A program made the position numbers and the translations under genes. Below, in pieces: positions 59,546 through 64,000 of a DNA stretch of 64,000 nt (position 1 is its first letter; the number at the start of each line of letters is the position of its first letter). This DNA comes from an uncultured bacterium. Its GTDB lineage: Bacteria; Krumholzibacteriota; Krumholzibacteriia; LZORAL124-64-63. The stretch is from contig CAVSZB010000008.1 of assembly GCA_963732385.1 (NCBI GenBank), positions 64,001 through 128,000 of the forward strand, written 5' to 3'. Below the pieces are notes generated by a model. The model saw nothing but the letters and a program-made list of their open reading frames with translations. It was not told where the DNA came from and made no database searches.

Positions 59546-60508
59546 GTGGCGGACGGGCGCGAACTGGAGGGGGTCGTTCTGAGGTCCCACAGCGGTCACT
59601 GCGAGGTGGCCGCGGAGGGGGCGGTCTGGCGCTGCCGCACACGCGGTCGGTTGCAGCAGGGCCCGCGGGAGACCCAGGCGGTCGTCGTGGCGGGCGACCG
59701 GGTGCGTCTGCGCGAACGCCCGGCCGAGGGCGGGGGAACCGGACCGCTGGGAGTCATTGAGGCGGTGCTCCCGCGCCGCAACCGGATCGCGCGGTGGGCC
59801 TCCCGCCGCTCCGGCGGCCGGGTCGAGCAGATCGTGATGGCGAACCTCGACCAGGTCCTGGCCGTGCAGTCGCTGGCGCAGCCGGCGCCGACGCCCGGTT
59901 TTGTGGATCGCCTGCTCGCGGCCGCCGCGCGTTATGACGTGGGTGGCGTGCTCTGTCTTAACAAAATCGACCTCGATCCGGCCGGCGCGGCGGATCCGCG
60001 CTGGGGCTACTATGCCACGGCGGGCTATCGCGTGCTGCGCGTGTCGGCGGTGACCGGCGAGGGGACCGAAGATCTGCGCGAGGCGCTGCGGGACCGCGTT
60101 TCGCTGTTGCTTGGCGCTTCGGGAACCGGCAAAAGTTCGTTGCTCAACCGCCTGCAGCCGGGGCTGAAGCTGCGCACCGCCAGTGTCACCGAGCGCACCG
60201 GCCTGGGTAGGCACACCACGACCGGCACCGAACTTTATCCCCTCGCGGAGGGGGGGTATCTGGCGGATTCGCCCGGCATGCGCGGTTTCGATCCGCACGG
60301 TCTCGAGCCGGTCGACCTGCGCGGTCTGTTCCCGGACCTGGACGGGCCGGCGTGCGCGTGTCGATACCGCACCTGTCTGCATCGCGATGAACCGGAGTGC
60401 GGGGTCAAGGCCGCCGTGGCGCGCGGGACGATCCCGCGCTGGCGTCACGAGGCGTATCTCGCCCTACTCGCCGATGTCGAGGAGCGCCGTATCCGGCCTG
60501 GACAGTGA
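59546..60508 (+). CDS. rsgA: Ribosome small subunit-dependent GTPase A
   Basis: NKID, GASGTGKSS, GRHTT, DSPG, C..RTC.H..EPECGV. Confidence 0.95.
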   Translation: MADGRELEGVVLRSHSGHCEVAAEGAVWRCRTRGRLQQGPRETQAVVVAGDRVRLRERPAEGGGTGPLGVIEAVLPRRNRIARWASRRSGGRVEQIVMANLDQVLAVQSLAQPAPTPGFVDRLLAAAARYDVGGVLCLNKIDLDPAGAADPRWGYYATAGYRVLRVSAVTGEGTEDLREALRDRVSLLLGASGTGKSSLLNRLQPGLKLRTASVTERTGLGRHTTTGTELYPLAEGGYLADSPGMRGFDPHGLEPVDLRGLFPDLDGPACACRYRTCLHRDEPECGVKAAVARGTIPRWRHEAYLALLADVEERRIRPGQ

Positions 60509-60766
60509 GCCGCCCAGGAGCGCGCGGTAGTAGAGGCAGGCCTCCTGCCCCTCGTGCAGCAGGCGGTCGAGCGGGAGAATTTGCGTGCGCGGCCGCCACG
60601 GGGTGATGAAGTCCGCCCGCGCCGCCTCGCGCCAGCCGGGCCACGGCCCGCCCGGCAGATTCGCTGATTTTGCGGCAAGTTCGTACAGCCCGAGTCCGCT
60701 CGCCGCGGCGCTGGTGGCCGTTACGATGACAATCAGCAGGGATTCCCGGAGGATTGCGCGTCGCAT
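60464..60766 (-). CDS. Hypothetical protein with N-terminal hydrophobic segment
   Basis: ATG-initiated 100-aa ORF filling the rsgA-GT9 gap; 45-nt tail overlap with rsgA. Confidence 0.4.
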   Translation of the reverse strand: MRRAILRESLLIVIVTATSAAASGLGLYELAAKSANLPGGPWPGWREAARADFITPWRPRTQILPLDRLLHEGQEACLYYRALLGGSLSRPDTALLDIGE

Positions 60767-60796
60767 GAATGGGGTCTTGCAATCGATGTGCCAGCC

Positions 60797-61933
60797 ATGA
60801 CGAGGGTCATCACCCCCTCGGGACGTTGGTTGAAGCGCCTGTTCGTGGCCGGGGTGGCCCGTTTCTCCCGGCGGCCAAAACTGTCGCTGTCGGACATCCG
60901 GGCCCGCCGTCCGCAGCGAATCCTAATCGTGCGCCAGCACAACCAGATGGGGGACATGGTCTGCGCGACCCCCGCCCTGCGCGCCGTGCGTTGCGCCTTT
61001 CCCGAGGCGCTGATCGCCCTGGTCACCGCGCCGGTCAATCATGAGGTCGTGCGGCACAACCCCGACCTCGATCGTGTCCTGCTGTTCGACCGCACGATGT
61101 GGCGCAGTCCGCTGCGCCTGTTGAGATTCCGGTCCGAAGTGCGCAGGTTCAGCCCCGACCTCGCCGTGGTGCTCAACAGCGTCTCCTTCTCGGTGACGAG
61201 CGCCTGGATCGCCGCGGCTTCCGGCGCGCCGGTCATCATGGGGGGCGACAGCGGTCCTTTCGGCTGGGATCTGAGCCGCCATCTCTATTCGCTCGAACTG
61301 CCGTCGCTCCCGGAACTGGACCGCCACGCGGTCCTGCATAACCTGGCGCCGCTCGAGGCGGTGGGGATCGCGGCCGCGGGGCTCGACACGATCGTCGTGG
61401 CGGCGCCCGCGGAGCGGGAGACGGCCGTCGCGCTGCTGGCCGGGCTGCCGGACGACGGCCCGCTCCTCGTCATCCACCCCGGGGCCGGCAAGCGGGCGAA
61501 TCTCTGGCCTGCCGAGCGTTTCGCCGCGATCGCGCGGCGGGCCGCCGCCGCGGGAGAGCGGGTGGTCGTGCTGCAGGGCCCGGCCGACGGCGGAATCATC
61601 GCGAGCTTCGCCGCGGCGCTGGCGGAGGCGGGGGAGGGGATGGCGCACGGCCGGATCCTGACGGCGCCCCGCCAGCCGGTCGGCGTCTGCGCCGCGCTGC
61701 TGTCGTTCTGCGACCGGTTCCTCTGCAACGACACCGGCCTGATGCACGTGGGGGGCGCGGTCGGCGCGCCGACGCTGGCGCTGTTCGGACCGACCGATCC
61801 CGCCCTTTGGAAGCCGCTATCGCCGGTCGTGCGGGCGCTGCGGGGGGAAGACGACCGCCTCGACACCCTGGGCGTCGAGGCGGTGTGGAGCGCTCTGCGC
61901 GCGCTGCCGGCCCGTCAGGCCGGAGTTTCCTGA
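60797..61933 (+). CDS. Glycosyltransferase family 9 (LPS heptosyltransferase-like)
   Basis: MGDMV..TPAL, IHPGAG..W, NDTGLMH, LFGPT. Confidence 0.9.
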   Translation: MTRVITPSGRWLKRLFVAGVARFSRRPKLSLSDIRARRPQRILIVRQHNQMGDMVCATPALRAVRCAFPEALIALVTAPVNHEVVRHNPDLDRVLLFDRTMWRSPLRLLRFRSEVRRFSPDLAVVLNSVSFSVTSAWIAAASGAPVIMGGDSGPFGWDLSRHLYSLELPSLPELDRHAVLHNLAPLEAVGIAAAGLDTIVVAAPAERETAVALLAGLPDDGPLLVIHPGAGKRANLWPAERFAAIARRAAAAGERVVVLQGPADGGIIASFAAALAEAGEGMAHGRILTAPRQPVGVCAALLSFCDRFLCNDTGLMHVGGAVGAPTLALFGPTDPALWKPLSPVVRALRGEDDRLDTLGVEAVWSALRALPARQAGVS

Positions 61934-63105
61934 AGCAGCCGCGACAGGTTCTCGGCGGCCTTGCGATTGCCGGGATCCAGCTCGATCGCCGTCTCCCACG
62001 CCTCGCGCGCCTTCTCCTGGTTGCCCAGCTTGAAGTGCGCGTTGCCCAGGTTCGTCCAGGCCGCGCTGCCATTGGCGGCCCGCTCGATCGCCTCCTGGTA
62101 CATGGCGATCGCTTCCTCGTAATTTTCCTGCTGGAAGAAGACGTAGCCGAGATTGTTGTAGCTGGCCGAGAGCGTCGGATCGAGTTCGATGGCCTTCTGG
62201 AAGTGGTGAGTGGCCTCCTCGGCGTGTCCGCGCTCGGTTTCCACCAGACCGAGGTTGTTGTACGCCTCCACGAACTCGGGCGCGAGGGCGAGCGCCTTCT
62301 CGAAGCGCAGGGCGGCCCGCTCGAGATCCCCCTGGTGATAGAAGACCACGCCGGCGTTGTTCTCCCGCTTGGCCGTGGCGGTGAGAGCGGTCTGATTGTC
62401 GCGCTCCCGCTGTGCCTTCTCGAGCACGATGTGCTCCTGCACCACGCCCAGCGACGACTCGATCCGCTCCGACAGTTCGGTCAGCGAAAGCACCATGTTT
62501 TCCCAGCGCTCCTCGCCGTCCTCGAAACGCTGCTGGAGGGACTGCTGCCACTGCGCGGAGGCTGCCGCGGCCTCGTCGCGTGTCTCGCGGACGGAGGCCA
62601 CCGCCTCGGCCACCTCGCGTACCTGCAGGCCGACGCCGGTCGTGGCCGCGGCCAGTTCAGCCGTCTGCGCGGACGCATTGTCCCGCCACGAATCCAGGCG
62701 CTCGGACAACTCGGCCAGTCGCTTCTCGATCTGCTCCCGCCAGCCGCCATCGTCAGCGGGGGGCGCGTCGGCTGACGGCGTCGGCAGGTTTTCGAGCCGC
62801 TGTTCGATCGCTCGCAGCGGACCGGCTGTGCAGTCGAGCGCCGTCCGGATCTCGTCGGTCAGGGCCGCGGTGGCGAGGTGGAGCCCCTGAGCGATCTCCT
62901 CGCCGCTCATCAGTTTGCCGAGCCGCTCGACCTGGCACGCGCCGGCTTCGTGGAATCGACAGACAGCGCCGAGGCAATCCAGGTGCAGTCCGCCCGCGGC
63001 GGCCTTCCCGGCGGGCGGGCCGGCGCCGTCCAGATCGGCGCTTTTTTCCAGCATACCGCTGGCGGGAGCCTCGCTCTGGCGCCACAGGAACGGACAGGTC
63101 TTCAT
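61915..63105 (-). CDS. TPR protein with Cys-rich N-terminus and coiled coil
   Basis: AYNNLG / SYNNLG / AWTNLG TPR repeats; CPF..C...C.F...C N-terminus. Confidence 0.85.
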   Translation of the reverse strand: MKTCPFLWRQSEAPASGMLEKSADLDGAGPPAGKAAAGGLHLDCLGAVCRFHEAGACQVERLGKLMSGEEIAQGLHLATAALTDEIRTALDCTAGPLRAIEQRLENLPTPSADAPPADDGGWREQIEKRLAELSERLDSWRDNASAQTAELAAATTGVGLQVREVAEAVASVRETRDEAAAASAQWQQSLQQRFEDGEERWENMVLSLTELSERIESSLGVVQEHIVLEKAQRERDNQTALTATAKRENNAGVVFYHQGDLERAALRFEKALALAPEFVEAYNNLGLVETERGHAEEATHHFQKAIELDPTLSASYNNLGYVFFQQENYEEAIAMYQEAIERAANGSAAWTNLGNAHFKLGNQEKAREAWETAIELDPGNRKAAENLSRLLQETPA

Positions 63106-63157
63106 GTCGTCTTCTCCTTCTGCGCGCGGCCCCGCGGGCCGCAGTGGCGAAATCCGG

Positions 63158-64000
63158 TCACGTCAGGTTTGCGGTTTTCTCCAGCACCAGAGGCTCGTCG
63201 GCCACGGTCTGCTGCAGGAATCGTCCGTAGCAGCGATTCAGGGACCGCCGTGCGCGTTCGGCCTCGTCCGGCAGGCCGCCCAACTCGCGGTAGCAGGCGC
63301 AGGCGGCGGCCCAGCCGCCGCGTGACTCCTCATCGTGGGCCAGCAGCCAGAGCGCGCGTGCCCGCGTGGCCGGATCGAGGCGGCAGTCGGGGCCGCTCAG
63401 CGGTACGCGGCGCAGCTGTCGGATCGCCTCGAGCGGATGGTCCGCCACCGACTGCCGCTGCGCCTCCTCCACATGCTCCGCCTGTTCAAGCGCGACCGGG
63501 TCCACCGGCGTTTCCGGCGCCGGCTCCGCGTCGGCGGTCGCCAGGTCAGGTCCGGCGCCCTCCTGCGGCGTTGGCGTCGCCGCGGCCGGCGCCTCGGGCT
63601 GGACTGCGTCATCGGGCGACTCCGCCTCGGCTCTGAGGCGCGCGGAGAGGTAGGGCGCGAACTCCCGCGCCAGTTGGCGTTTCGCTCCGGGATCGCGCAG
63701 TCGGTGCAGTGCAGCTTCGAGCAGCCGTGGCACGTCGTCGGCACGGTGCTCGGCGAGAAGGATGTGCGCCCGCGCGCGCACGGGCGGCAGGGCCTCTGGG
63801 TGCGCAGCCTCGAGGAGGGACAGTTCGCGGAATATCCAGTCGGCCCGGCTCGTGTCGAAAGCGTACAAGGTGGTGCAGACCGTCGCCGCCGTCTCGGCCT
63901 GTCCCAGCAGACGCAGCGCGCGCGCCAGCGGCTGCAGGAGCGAAGGGAACGGTGCGTCGCCGTTGCCGGCTTCGCCCAGATCGGAGACGACCTGTGCGGC
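63158..64000 (-). CDS. Hypothetical alpha-helical (TPR-like) protein, 5' end beyond the window
   Basis: Frame stays open from 64000 to the stop at 63158. Confidence 0.6.
   Translation of the reverse strand, partial: AAQVVSDLGEAGNGDAPFPSLLQPLARALRLLGQAETAATVCTTLYAFDTSRADWIFRELSLLEAAHPEALPPVRARAHILLAEHRADDVPRLLEAALHRLRDPGAKRQLAREFAPYLSARLRAEAESPDDAVQPEAPAAATPTPQEGAGPDLATADAEPAPETPVDPVALEQAEHVEEAQRQSVADHPLEAIRQLRRVPLSGPDCRLDPATRARALWLLAHDEESRGGWAAACACYRELGGLPDEAERARRSLNRCYGRFLQQTVADEPLVLEKTANLT

Noticed and set aside
1..64000. CRISPR arrays, tRNA/rRNA genes, transposases, integrases or prophage; genome-wide UGA reassignment
   Set aside because: No spaced direct repeats, RNA gene signatures or mobile-element motifs seen; conserved genes end at TGA at their expected lengths

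Overview
High-GC bacterial genomic window from a diderm organism. The FlgD/T9SS-type C-terminal domains, PorV-like barrel and GldA/F/G-like ABC system suggest an FCB-superphylum lineage (inference only). Bases 1-16.6 kb hold the 3' end of tuf and a complete S10-spc-alpha ribosomal superoperon. The rest is housekeeping and envelope genes: fabH, Gld-like ABC transporter, M23 peptidase, FG-GAP protein, HD-GYP, adenosine deaminase, metG, AmmeMemoRadiSam B/A, STAS pair, Nudix, Mrp, O-antigen ligase, sulfatase-like protein, PTS IIA, rsgA, GT9 and TPR proteins. Three loci stand out. (1) At 33.2-33.8 kb, a two-gene operon only partly captured by the ORF track has its own sigma70 promoter and terminator. 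Both genes carry an in-frame TGA followed by a SECIS-like hairpin, making them a candidate small membrane selenoprotein plus an FmdB zinc-ribbon protein ending in Sec-Gly. (2) At 33.8-38.1 kb is a compact ceramide/sphingolipid operon (spt, GNAT, epimerase/reductase, PAP2). (3) At 46.8-57.2 kb, a six-gene operon looks like an extracellular nucleic-acid capture and degradation system: secreted double lamin-tail protein, PorV-like barrel, ComEA-HhH barrel, second barrel, ComEC-type MBL lipoprotein and 5'-nucleotidase. I found no rRNA, tRNA, CRISPR array or mobile element.
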